IMG/VR virus record: IMGVR_UViG_3300049725_000037
Coordinates: 1 to 58,664 of that record
Direction: 5' to 3' (one strand)
Source of the DNA: a virus
Taxonomy: Duplodnaviria > Caudoviricetes
Length of the DNA: 58,664 nucleotides
Position numbers and translations under genes: made by a program. Under the pieces are notes generated by a model. That model ran no database searches and was not told where the DNA came from. It saw only the letters and a program-made list of their open reading frames with translations. Positions 46,715 to 55,690 of the stretch are shown in pieces (position 1 is the first letter of the stretch; every line of letters starts with the position of its first letter).

Positions 46715-47050
46715 ATGAAATCAAAAGTTCAAATTCACTACCGCCAGGGCGATGTGCTGATTGAGCGCGTTCCCTCTCTGCCCGCAAATCGAACGAAGCT
46801 CGCGCGTGAAAACGGCCGCGTGATCCTCGCTCATGGCGAGGTCACCGGCCACGCCCATGCGATCTCCGCTGCCAACGCCGATCTCTATTCGGCGGTCGAT
46901 TCCGGAGATGTGACCTTCCTCGAAATCCGGGACGCCATGGTCGAACTCGAGCACGATGAGCATGCCACGGTGACGCTCCCGCCAGGCAATTACGTCGTGC
47001 GACGTCAGCGCGAATACACCCCGGAGGAAATTCGCCGTGTCGCAGACTAA
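46715..47050 (+). CDS. Conserved His-motif protein, copy 2
   Basis: Translation identical to 45134..45469. Confidence 0.8.
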   Translation: MKSKVQIHYRQGDVLIERVPSLPANRTKLARENGRVILAHGEVTGHAHAISAANADLYSAVDSGDVTFLEIRDAMVELEHDEHATVTLPPGNYVVRRQREYTPEEIRRVAD

Positions 47051-48083
47051 TTACAGTCCGGAAGTCCAGGCATTGCTCGATCGCCACGCGACGGCTTGCG
47101 AGCTGAAGATGCCGGTTGATCGCGAGCGCATCGCCGATCGCTTGACGGCCTGTCTGGCGGGCGTTTCGCGAGAAAAGTTGCAGGTCCGCTTCCTCGACCG
47201 AGCCGATGAAATCAGCTCGGTCGTCATAAAGGCCAGGGCTGCCTGGGATGCCAGGGCTGCCAGGGATGCCAGGGATGCCTGGGCTGCCAGGGCTGCCTGG
47301 GATGCCAGGGCTGCCAGGGATGCCAGGGCTGCCTGGGATGCCAGGGCTGCCAGGGCTGCCAGGGCTGCCAGGGCTGCCTGGGATGCCAGGGCTGCCTGGG
47401 CTGCCTGGGATGCCTGGGATGCCTGGGATGCCAGGGCTGCCTGGGATGCCTGGGATGCCTGGACTGCCAGTTGGGATTGCAGTTGGTTGCCCGTAATTTC
47501 GATCGGTGCGCTAGAGCGCGCCGACAGAAAGCTGCACAGCATTTGGCTGCCTCTGCTGGAGGCATTCGAGGCTGGCGCCTGGCTATTCTGGATTACGGCG
47601 GACGAACTGGTGGTCGCCGAGCGTCCCTCTGCGGTACGCACCGACGATCGCCGGCGTCTACATCATGCGTCCGAGCCGGCGTTTTCCTGGCTCAGCGATA
47701 TCCGCGAGTTCTATATTCACGGCGTCCATGTTCCGAGCTACATCATCGAGCAGCCGGAAACGATCACCATTACCGAGATCGAATCGGAACGAAATGCCGA
47801 GGTGCGACGGGTGATGATCGAGCGTTACGGCCGGGCGCGGTTCTTGACCGAGTCCGGGGCCGCTCAGATCCATGCCGATGATTTCGGGATTCTCTACAGG
47901 AAGGAGGTCACTGGAGATGAGCCAATCGTGATGGTGAAGGTGATAAACGCCACGCCGGACCCGGCTGGCACGTTCAAAGACTACTTCCTGCGCGTTCCTC
48001 CGACGATGCGGACGGCCCGCGAGGCGGTCGCCTGGACGTTCGAGAAGGAAGCCGACGCTTATGCGCCGGCAGTCCAAACATGA
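47037..48083 (+). CDS. DUF6745-like protein, copy 2
   Basis: Translation identical to 45456..46502. Confidence 0.8.
   Translation: MSQTNYSPEVQALLDRHATACELKMPVDRERIADRLTACLAGVSREKLQVRFLDRADEISSVVIKARAAWDARAARDARDAWAARAAWDARAARDARAAWDARAARAARAARAAWDARAAWAAWDAWDAWDARAAWDAWDAWTASWDCSWLPVISIGALERADRKLHSIWLPLLEAFEAGAWLFWITADELVVAERPSAVRTDDRRRLHHASEPAFSWLSDIREFYIHGVHVPSYIIEQPETITITEIESERNAEVRRVMIERYGRARFLTESGAAQIHADDFGILYRKEVTGDEPIVMVKVINATPDPAGTFKDYFLRVPPTMRTAREAVAWTFEKEADAYAPAVQT
47232..47465 (+). repeat. 9-bp coding minisatellite, copy 2
   Basis: Same unit order as 45651-45884. Confidence 0.95.
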
Positions 48084-48135
48084 TCAGGGAAACCGATCTT
48101 TTCGGCGCCGGCCGGCACGGCGCATCCGGCAAGCC

Positions 48136-49284
48136 ATGAAACCTACTTTCCGCTGCTCGGAACTCGGTCAAGTCCTCTGGTGCCCCGGCTCGAAGGCGCT
48201 TGGGGCCAAGGCGAAGCCGCGCGCCAGGGATTCCACTCAAGCTACTGCCGGTCAGTGGTGTCACGCCCGTGCGGCACAACGCCTGCGCGACGAAGAAAGC
48301 GCGACAGGCCCCGCGATCGTCTTGCCGGAACTCAAGGCCGACCGCTTCAAGGAGTGGATCGTGTCCTACTACCTCGACACCGTCCGCATGTACGTCGAGG
48401 CGGACATGGCGATCGAGTACGAGGCGGCGCTCGAATGGGAGTTCCCTCGCTTCATCCTGACCGGCCACATGGACGTTCTCGCGCTCAACGCCGACGCGAC
48501 GGAGTTTGTCGGCTTGGATCTGAAATCCGGGACGGACCCCGTCACCCCTGCGGAGGACAACGCCCAGGGACTTGGGTATCAGGCGCTCGTTGCGCTCAAT
48601 TACCCGACCGTGCAGCGCAGCACGTTCGCCCTCGTGCAACCGACCAACAACCCGGATGACGGCCTGGAGCGCGTGACCGTGGCACGATCCGAGACCCGCG
48701 GCGCACTCGATGCACAGGTCACATACCTTGAGCGCGAACTGAACCACGTTCTCGACGCCGCCGGCGAACTGAACACCGGCTGGCGCCAGTGCCATTACTG
48801 CCCGGCCGCCCTCATCTGCCCAGCCTTCGAAGCCGACGCCGATCTTATTATGAGAATGATCCTCACCCCTGAACAGCTCGCCGCGATCCCGGACGAGCCT
48901 GACATCGAAAAGCTATTCGTCTTCGAGGCTGCCCGGAAGCAGTTCGAGGAACCGCTCAAACTGGCCCACGAAACGCTGAAGGCGCGCGTGGCCGAGATGG
49001 GCGGCGCCGAGCTATCCGACGGGACCAAGCTCCTGGTCATCGACCGGCCCGGCGCGCGGACCATCACGGACAACGCAGCGGCGACGGCCGCGCTCAACGA
49101 CCTGCCGGAAACCCTCTGGCACACCTGCTACAAATTCCGGCCGGGCGAGATCGAGATTGCCCTGGCGGAGTTCCTCAGCCTGCCGAAGACGTCGAAGAAA
49201 GGCCCGAGCGGGGCGAGCGCCTACAAGGACCGGCTGGGACACATAACCGTCTCGGCGGTCAACAAGGTGCTCAAGATCGCGTGA
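48136..49284 (+). CDS. PD-(D/E)xK Cas4-like exonuclease (DUF2800-like)
   Basis: WCPGS, GHMD...DLKSG, QGLGY, QCHYCPAALICP. Confidence 0.8.
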   Translation: MKPTFRCSELGQVLWCPGSKALGAKAKPRARDSTQATAGQWCHARAAQRLRDEESATGPAIVLPELKADRFKEWIVSYYLDTVRMYVEADMAIEYEAALEWEFPRFILTGHMDVLALNADATEFVGLDLKSGTDPVTPAEDNAQGLGYQALVALNYPTVQRSTFALVQPTNNPDDGLERVTVARSETRGALDAQVTYLERELNHVLDAAGELNTGWRQCHYCPAALICPAFEADADLIMRMILTPEQLAAIPDEPDIEKLFVFEAARKQFEEPLKLAHETLKARVAEMGGAELSDGTKLLVIDRPGARTITDNAAATAALNDLPETLWHTCYKFRPGEIEIALAEFLSLPKTSKKGPSGASAYKDRLGHITVSAVNKVLKIA

Positions 49285-49294
49285 CTTTCCCACC

Positions 49295-49651
49295 ATGAAA
49301 AAAGAAACCACCGTTAAGACCCCGATGCCCGTCAAGCCGGTGCATCCTGACAAAGAAATCGAAATCCAACTCGAATACATCACCAAAGCGTCCACGGAAT
49401 ACCTGAGTGAGGAAGTCGATAAAGAAGGAAAATCACGGCAGGAAAATAACTACGGTTTCACGAAGCACAGCACACGCGGGGCGTGGCTCATTGAAAAGCA
49501 CTTAAAGGCGCGGATTTCTGAACTGCTCGTCAGCGGTATCAACGAAGCCCACGCCGCACTCGCGAAAATGATTGAGGATGAAGTCAAGGGAGCCCTCCAA
49601 CGCACGTTCACGACGATTACTGTTGCGACGAAAACGCAGATTCGAGAATAG
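49295..49651 (+). CDS. Hypothetical protein
   Basis: 118 aa; C-rich leader. Confidence 0.65.
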   Translation: MKKETTVKTPMPVKPVHPDKEIEIQLEYITKASTEYLSEEVDKEGKSRQENNYGFTKHSTRGAWLIEKHLKARISELLVSGINEAHAALAKMIEDEVKGALQRTFTTITVATKTQIRE

Positions 49652-49678
49652 GCCGGCAACTCTCAACCGCACCCTACC

Positions 49679-49909
49679 ATGATCCCCCTACTCATCATCA
49701 CCCCCATCATAGCCGCGCTGCTCGGCTACTTCCTTGGCTATCACACCGCCAAGAGCCTCTGGCAGCGCACCGCCGACTTGTACCGCCTCCGCAACGAGCG
49801 GCTGCTCTCCGGCCTTCGCGGCGTGCTGTGCGGCCTGCCGGGCTTCACCCTGCGCGGCGTGCTGGACCGCTACTACGCCGACATCCGCGACGAGAAAGAA
49901 CTACCCTGA
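49679..49909 (+). CDS. Small protein with N-terminal TM helix
   Basis: MIPLLIITPIIAALLGYFLGY. Confidence 0.65.
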   Translation: MIPLLIITPIIAALLGYFLGYHTAKSLWQRTADLYRLRNERLLSGLRGVLCGLPGFTLRGVLDRYYADIRDEKELP

Positions 49910-49913
49910 CGCC

Positions 49914-50354
49914 ATGCCCCGCCGCAGACCAGACCAGTACCCGCAAGCGATTCACGACCAGATCGAGGCGCAACTGGCGCATACTACCGATTTAACCACC
50001 GCAAGTGCGCCGTTTGTACGGCACCAATTCTCCTTTCATCCCCATGCTCACGCTCACAGTCTACTACCGGACCCCGAGCCTCAACGTCACCAAGCGGCAG
50101 CATTGGGCCGTGCAGATGCAGGAGAAACAGAAGGCATTCCGCGCGCTCGCGTCCGCTTTGTTGGATACCGCGTCCGACCCCTCGACCCGGACAACTTCGC
50201 CGGAAGTGTCAAAGACCTGCTCGACGGCCTACGTCACGCTCATCTCATACATGGAGACGAACCATGGCGCATCCGGCTCGAAACGGAACAGGTCAAAGTC
50301 GCGCATGAATCTGACGAGCGAACAGTTATTGAGATTGGCGCTGCCGATTGCTGA
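49914..50354 (+). CDS. RusA-like resolvase, catalytic C-terminal half
   Basis: RVRFVGYRVRPLDPDNFAGSVKDLLDGLRHAHLIHGD...RTVIEI (DxDN...K...D...GD). Confidence 0.7.
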   Translation: MPRRRPDQYPQAIHDQIEAQLAHTTDLTTASAPFVRHQFSFHPHAHAHSLLPDPEPQRHQAAALGRADAGETEGIPRARVRFVGYRVRPLDPDNFAGSVKDLLDGLRHAHLIHGDEPWRIRLETEQVKVAHESDERTVIEIGAADC

Positions 50355-50367
50355 CGCGCCTGAATAA
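50044..50367 (+). CDS. RusA-like resolvase, N-terminal half in an overlapping frame
   Basis: MLTLTVYYRTPSLNVTKRQHWAVQMQEKQKAFRALASALL; start context CATCCCC-ATG. Confidence 0.6.
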   Translation: MLTLTVYYRTPSLNVTKRQHWAVQMQEKQKAFRALASALLDTASDPSTRTTSPEVSKTCSTAYVTLISYMETNHGASGSKRNRSKSRMNLTSEQLLRLALPIADAPE

Positions 50368-50459
50368 GCCTTGCTCCCTCGACCCTTCCGGGCCACCCTG
50401 CCCCTTGGCTGGAGAAAGTGACCATGCTCCGCCAACCCAGAACACCCTTCTAACCCTCT

Positions 50460-50545
50460 GCCGTCGCGTCGGGGTTCCATTCGGCCGGGCTGTCTCAACA
50501 GCCGACCGCTTTGGAGGTCACCGTCGGCGCGGCGGCTCTTTTTTC
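50460..50545 (+). terminator. Long imperfect hairpin with T-tract
   Basis: GCCGTCGCGTCG...GGCTGT-CTCA-ACAGCC...CGGCGCGGCGGC-TCTTTTTT. Confidence 0.4.
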
Positions 50546-50547
50546 CT

Positions 50548-50718
50548 ATGATCCTCCCTGACGACGAACGCTGCATTGAGATTCTTGAGGCGCTTCAGGA
50601 TGAGCCGAACCTGACTCCATGGGAATCTGATTTCATCGAGAGCAACCTCGACAGGACCAGCTTCAGCCCAAAGCAACGTGATGTATTCGGCCAACTAGAA
50701 GACAAGTACGACGTATGA
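50548..50718 (+). CDS. 56-aa acidic protein
   Basis: Manual translation MILPDDERCIEILEALQDEPNLTPWESDFIESN...SPKQ; ATGA overlap with the helicase. Confidence 0.65.
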   Translation: MILPDDERCIEILEALQDEPNLTPWESDFIESNLDRTSFSPKQRDVFGQLEDKYDV

Positions 50719-52376
50719 CCCTCCGCGACTACCAGGTCCGTTGCCTCGACGCCATCCGCGAAGGATGGAAGCAGTGGCGAACACAGTTTGTCGTGGCCGC
50801 AACAGGCGTGGGTAAGACAGAGATCTTTGCCCGTCTGGCCGGCGAATGGGTGCAGCATGGCGGGCGGGTGCTGATCGTCGCTGACACCGAGGAGCTTGTC
50901 GCGCAGTCCATCGCCAAGGTCCATCGCTCGACGGGTATCCTCCCCGGCATGGAGAAGGCCGAGAGTGTGGCGAGCCTTTCAGATAAGATCGTTGTGGCGT
51001 CCATCCAGACGATTTCCCGTCCTAACCGATTGAGTGTGTGGCCGGCGGATCACTTCGCCCTCATCATCATCGACGAGGCGGACAAGGGGATCGCGCCGAG
51101 CTACAAGACGATATTAGAGCACTTCACGGCGCGGGTTTGCGGATTCTCCGCAAACGCGGATCGTGGCGACAAACGCAACATCGCGGAGGTGTTCGAGAAC
51201 ATCGCTTTCGAGTATAACCTTGCGGACGCAGTGCGCGACGGCTGGCTCGTGCGCCCGATAGTTGAGACGGTGCCGGTCAAGATCGACATGAAGGGTGTCG
51301 GCAGCCGGCGCACCAAGGAGGGGTCGGACTATGACGAAACCGAGGTAAACAATCGGCTAGAACCCCTGATATCCGCCATGTGTGCGGAGCTGGTGAGGAA
51401 GATCGGGAACCGGCGCACGCTGGTCTATCTGACATCGATCCACCTCTGTAAGATTGCAGCAGAGGCGGTCAACATGCTTGGGGTGCCGGCGCAGTACGTG
51501 ACCGGCGTATGTGATGACCGCACAGAGAAAGTCGCGGCGATCCGCACGGATTCGGTGCAGGTTACATTCAACTGCTCGCTCTTGTCCCGAGGCTACGATG
51601 AGGACAGTATCCGGTGCATCTCAGTTTGGCGGCCAACCAAGATCCGTAGTGTGTTGCTCCAAGCAGTTGGCCGGGCAACCCGTCCACTCCAGTGCATCGT
51701 CGAGCGGCTGAACGCGGAGCCGAGCTTCACGGCTCGCCAGCAGATCATCAAGGAATCGGAGAAGGGCGATGCCCTGATTCTCGATTTTCTCTGGCTGACC
51801 GACACCCTTGCCCTCGTCCGCCCGACGGATCTGGTTGTCACGAACACTGAGATCGCTGAGCACGCGAAGAAGCTGCCCCAGCAGGGCGACTTGCTCGAAC
51901 TGGCGGAGTTTGCCGGCCGGGACTACCTGAAGGCGCTGGAGAAGCGCATGAGGGAGGTCGCCAATCGCAAGGCCCGTGTGATTGATCCGCTGGTCTTTGC
52001 CGTGCAGACAAACGATGAGTCCCTTGAGACCTACGAGCCGTCGAGCCGGTGGGAGATCGGACAGCCGACAGGACCGCAGGTGAAACTCCTCGGCCAACTT
52101 GGCATCGATCCCAGTAAGGTCACGTCAAGCGGATACGCTTCGAAGCTGATCACGCGGCTGCTGGCCCGGCGGAAAGAAGGTCTCGCGAGCGTGCAGCAAA
52201 TGTCCTTCTTGGGCCGGCTGGGTGTGCATGGCACGGACCGGATGACCCGCGATGAGGCCAAGGCCCGGATCGATGCACGCTTGGCGGAGTTGCGCGGCTG
52301 GTCTCCGCAGGCGAAGAAGCCGGAACCACAACTGGAACTGCGCATGGAGCCCGTTATGTCGCTGGAGATCCCATGA
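50715..52376 (+). CDS. Superfamily 2 (DEAD-like) helicase
   Basis: LRDYQ, ATGVGKT, IIIDEAD, LSRGYD, QAVGRATR. Confidence 0.92.
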   Translation: MTLRDYQVRCLDAIREGWKQWRTQFVVAATGVGKTEIFARLAGEWVQHGGRVLIVADTEELVAQSIAKVHRSTGILPGMEKAESVASLSDKIVVASIQTISRPNRLSVWPADHFALIIIDEADKGIAPSYKTILEHFTARVCGFSANADRGDKRNIAEVFENIAFEYNLADAVRDGWLVRPIVETVPVKIDMKGVGSRRTKEGSDYDETEVNNRLEPLISAMCAELVRKIGNRRTLVYLTSIHLCKIAAEAVNMLGVPAQYVTGVCDDRTEKVAAIRTDSVQVTFNCSLLSRGYDEDSIRCISVWRPTKIRSVLLQAVGRATRPLQCIVERLNAEPSFTARQQIIKESEKGDALILDFLWLTDTLALVRPTDLVVTNTEIAEHAKKLPQQGDLLELAEFAGRDYLKALEKRMREVANRKARVIDPLVFAVQTNDESLETYEPSSRWEIGQPTGPQVKLLGQLGIDPSKVTSSGYASKLITRLLARRKEGLASVQQMSFLGRLGVHGTDRMTRDEAKARIDARLAELRGWSPQAKKPEPQLELRMEPVMSLEIP

Positions 52377-54088
52377 CCGCCCTACCCCGATCGCTGGAGA
52401 TCCCTGATGACTTTCCGCCGGAGCCGCAGGTACAGCCGAAGGCTACTCCAAGGACGGAGCCCAAGCCGGTAGCCCGGAGCGCCGCGCCCATCCTGACCCC
52501 TCAGCCGGTCAACGGCATTGGACGCGAGCCGCCGCACAGTGCCGAGGTCGAGGAATACCTGCTTTCGTGCTGTCTCCTGGATGGCGGGGAAACACTCGCG
52601 AAGTGCGATATTCTCTCGCCGGATGCGTTCTATTCTGCGGTCAACCGGGTCGTCTTCAACGCGATGCGGGCGGAGAGCAAGGAGAAGCCGCCCCTCACGA
52701 TTGAGGGGTTGGTCGAAAGGTTGCGGGATTCCAAGCAGCTCTCCGACATCGGCGGGCTGCCGTACCTCATGCGGGTCAGTGCGCGCATTCCAACGACCGC
52801 CCAGGCGATCAACTTCCGGGACAAGGTGCATCAACTGCATATGCTGCGGGAGTTCATCAAGCTGAACACCACGGCAGTAGAAAACGCCTATGCTTTCTCC
52901 GGGGAGTTGCCGGAACTCATGTCGACTTTCCGCCGGCAGGTCGAATCGCTTGACTCACGGGTATCGAGCCAGGCGGCAGGCTACACGATTTGGACGCTCG
53001 ATGACTTGGAGAATTTCGTCCCGCCGACCGACTGGGGCATCCTAGCGGAGCACGATACGCACCCCGTCTGGAGTCTTTCCCGGCTGGCGACGCTGATTGG
53101 AGCCGGCGGCATCGGGAAAAGCCGGCTGGCACTGTCCTTCGCCGTCTCTCAGATTATCAACACTCACTGGTGCGGCTTGCTGACCATTCCCCCGGCCCGG
53201 AAATGGCTCTTTGTCGGTAACGAGAACTCCACAACCCGGCTGAAGAGTGACCTCATCCCAATGACGGCGGGGCTCAAGAAGGCGCAGATCGAAGCCGTGA
53301 AGAAGCACCTGTTTATTCAGGTGCTCGGGACAACAGAGGACTCGTTCATCACACTCGACGATCCCTTGGCCGGAGCCCGCTGGCGAGCCACGCTGGCGAA
53401 GATCAAGCCGGACATCCTCGTGATCGATCCATGGGAGAGCGTGATCATCGGAGGGGACGTAAACGACGCGGCGGCAACCCGCGAGACGTGGAGGGTCATC
53501 CAGGGATACATGCTCGGGGCGGGTCTGGTGCCGACGGTCTTGGTGGTTCATCACGCGAAGACCGGGGCCGATGCGACCCGGAGCGCCGTGGGCTACGACG
53601 CCGCGAGCTTCGCGAAGGGCAGCAAGACCCTATTCTCCATTTCCCGGCTGCAAATCAACGTGGCGGCCGGCGACGACGAGGACGGCGGGAAACTCGTGAT
53701 CGCCTGCGGAAAGTGCAACGATGCGAAGGTTTTCACCACACGGGGGGTTGCGCTGAACGAAGAGACGCAGCACTACGAGATCGACACGGGTTTCGATCTT
53801 CAGAACTGGATTGACGACGTCGAGGGGAAGCGGAGCGGAGGGTCGGTCACGATCCAAGATTGCGTGGAGGCGATCAAATCAGGGAAGACGCGGGCCGGCG
53901 ACATCGTCGAGTACCTGAAGCAGCAAGGCGGGGGCAGCGCGCGGACGATCGCACGCAGGCTTGGCGAGGCGTGCAAGCGGGGGTATCTACAGGGGACGAT
54001 GCCGCGGGGGTCCTACACACTTGGAGAGAAGAAACTTGATGCGCCGGTGCCGCCTGAAGTGGCCCGGTCGCCGTACAACGAAGGGTAA
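52373..54088 (+). CDS. Replication helicase: DnaB N-terminal domain + RepA/AAA_25 ATPase + winged HTH
   Basis: PPHSAEVEEYLLSCCLLD...FY...IGGLPYL; GAGGIGKS; LVIDP; VVHHAKTG; C-terminal SARTIARRLGEA. Confidence 0.85.
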   Translation: MTALPRSLEIPDDFPPEPQVQPKATPRTEPKPVARSAAPILTPQPVNGIGREPPHSAEVEEYLLSCCLLDGGETLAKCDILSPDAFYSAVNRVVFNAMRAESKEKPPLTIEGLVERLRDSKQLSDIGGLPYLMRVSARIPTTAQAINFRDKVHQLHMLREFIKLNTTAVENAYAFSGELPELMSTFRRQVESLDSRVSSQAAGYTIWTLDDLENFVPPTDWGILAEHDTHPVWSLSRLATLIGAGGIGKSRLALSFAVSQIINTHWCGLLTIPPARKWLFVGNENSTTRLKSDLIPMTAGLKKAQIEAVKKHLFIQVLGTTEDSFITLDDPLAGARWRATLAKIKPDILVIDPWESVIIGGDVNDAAATRETWRVIQGYMLGAGLVPTVLVVHHAKTGADATRSAVGYDAASFAKGSKTLFSISRLQINVAAGDDEDGGKLVIACGKCNDAKVFTTRGVALNEETQHYEIDTGFDLQNWIDDVEGKRSGGSVTIQDCVEAIKSGKTRAGDIVEYLKQQGGGSARTIARRLGEACKRGYLQGTMPRGSYTLGEKKLDAPVPPEVARSPYNEG

Positions 54089-54093
54089 CCGCC

Positions 54094-54348
54094 ATGATAC
54101 CGCCACACCGCTTCACCCGCGTTCTCTGGGCCGTCGCGCTGGAATCTCGACCGGACGCGCCGCGGTTTCTCGGCGCCAATTGGGACAGCCTGCGCAAGGA
54201 TCACTACGTCGGCGAGCCGCCCCGGATGCTGCTGTTCCGGACTCGCCGGCGGGCCCGCGCGTGGTGCAATGCGAGGCCTAATGTGTGGGCACCTTACTGG
54301 CGCTTCCGCGTGGTGCGTGTGCGCGAAACCGTGAGGGCGCTGCCATGA
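54094..54348 (+). CDS. Hypothetical protein
   Basis: 84 aa; LFRTRRRARAW...VVRVRETV. Confidence 0.65.
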   Translation: MIPPHRFTRVLWAVALESRPDAPRFLGANWDSLRKDHYVGEPPRMLLFRTRRRARAWCNARPNVWAPYWRFRVVRVRETVRALP

Positions 54349-54557
54349 ACGACATAGAAGTCCGACTTTTCTGCACATGCGGAGGTTATCGCTTCGGATG
54401 GCTGCCGACACCCACAGCAGCGGCGATTCAAGCCGACTGGGATCAGCAGCACAGTGGTAAGGGACACGCTGCCTGCACGCGGGAGGTTTGCGCACGCAAT
54501 CGGCGGAGAATCGAGAAATATGAGGATGAAAAACGCAGAAAGGCAGACACGCCATGA
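54345..54557 (+). CDS. Small Cys/His-containing protein
   Basis: ATGA overlap at 54345; CTCG...HSGKGH..C. Confidence 0.6.
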   Translation: MNDIEVRLFCTCGGYRFGWLPTPTAAAIQADWDQQHSGKGHAACTREVCARNRRRIEKYEDEKRRKADTP

Positions 54558-54608
54558 CGCCGCTGCCGCAGACCTCGCCGCGCCTTTTAGCCTGATACCT
54601 ATTTACCC

Positions 54609-55478
54609 ATGAAAAATATAGTCATTTATCATTCGGCGGACTTCGACGGCATATTTTGCCGCGAGATAGCCCGCTTACACTTCGGTCCTGACGCCATTTA
54701 TCTCGGCTGGGATTACGGCCAGCCTTTGCCCGGTGTCACCCCTGACGTTGAGCGAATCTACATGCTGGACATTTCGGTTGATGGGCTGATGGGCGATCCG
54801 CGCCTGACTTGGATTGACCACCACAAGAGCGCGATCGACAAATACCCAGCGACGATTCGCGGGTATCGGATCGACGGCGTTGCCGCGTGTCGGCTGGCGT
54901 GGCAGTGGTTCTTCCGAGATACGCCGGGCGACATTGCCGGCGAGAGTATGCCAGACAAACGTGAATACTTTGAACACGTTGTAGCGGAACCGCTGGCAGT
55001 ACGATTGGCTGGCGAATATGACGTCTGGGATCGACGCGACCCCAACGCGGAACTCTTCCAGCATGGCCTGAGAAGTTGCGACCTTGACGCTTTATGGCCC
55101 CTGATTCTCAACGATAGGGCAAAGTCGAACATTATTGTCCAAGGGCTATTGGACGCCGGGAAGATGCTCCAGTACGTCAAGACGAACGAGAACGCCAACA
55201 TTGCCAGCCACTTCGCGTTCGACATCGAGTTTGAGGGACTGAAGTTCTGCGCAATCAATCATGCACGCTACAACAGTCACCTTTTCGACGCGGCAATCCG
55301 CCCCGACCATGACGGCTGCTTTGGTTTCAACTGGACCGGCAAAGAATGGCGCGTGTCACTTTATCATTCGCCGCACAAGACCAACATCGACCTGTCGGTG
55401 ATCGCGGTTAAATACGGTGGCGGCGGACACCGTGGAGCGTGTGGATTTAGATGCGCGAAGCTGCCGTTTATCCCTTGA
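54609..55478 (+). CDS. DHH/DHHA1 phosphoesterase
   Basis: YHSADFDG, WIDHHKS, YGGGGHRGACGF. Confidence 0.9.
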   Translation: MKNIVIYHSADFDGIFCREIARLHFGPDAIYLGWDYGQPLPGVTPDVERIYMLDISVDGLMGDPRLTWIDHHKSAIDKYPATIRGYRIDGVAACRLAWQWFFRDTPGDIAGESMPDKREYFEHVVAEPLAVRLAGEYDVWDRRDPNAELFQHGLRSCDLDALWPLILNDRAKSNIIVQGLLDAGKMLQYVKTNENANIASHFAFDIEFEGLKFCAINHARYNSHLFDAAIRPDHDGCFGFNWTGKEWRVSLYHSPHKTNIDLSVIAVKYGGGGHRGACGFRCAKLPFIP

Positions 55479-55690
55479 TGACACTATCCTCCCACCCCGT
55501 GCCGCCGCGCCTTTTGGCGCGCTTTCTCGACCACGAGCCGGTGGAGCTGGCGCGGGGGCAGGATCACACGCAGTTGGCTGACATTCGCGCCCTGACCGCG
55601 CAGGCCGGGATCTGCTTGACACCGCCTACGCCGGAGCCCCCGGCAGCCAGTCGATCGACATGCCCGTCAGCATCGCCGGCGAGCCGTTGA
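55478..55690 (+). CDS. Hypothetical protein
   Basis: TGATG coupling to the DHH gene; overlaps the convergent gene end. Confidence 0.35.
   Translation: MTLSSHPVPPRLLARFLDHEPVELARGQDHTQLADIRALTAQAGICLTPPTPEPPAASRSTCPSASPASR

Larger units (their letters stand above)
45029..48211. repeat. Tandem duplication: copy 1 45029-46630, copy 2 46631-48211
   Basis: Identical ORF sets at offset 1581; copy 1 has one extra 21-bp unit at its start. Confidence 0.95.

Noticed and set aside
48136-49284. CRISPR-associated cas4
   Set aside because: No array or other cas genes; fits a phage recombination exonuclease partnering RecT
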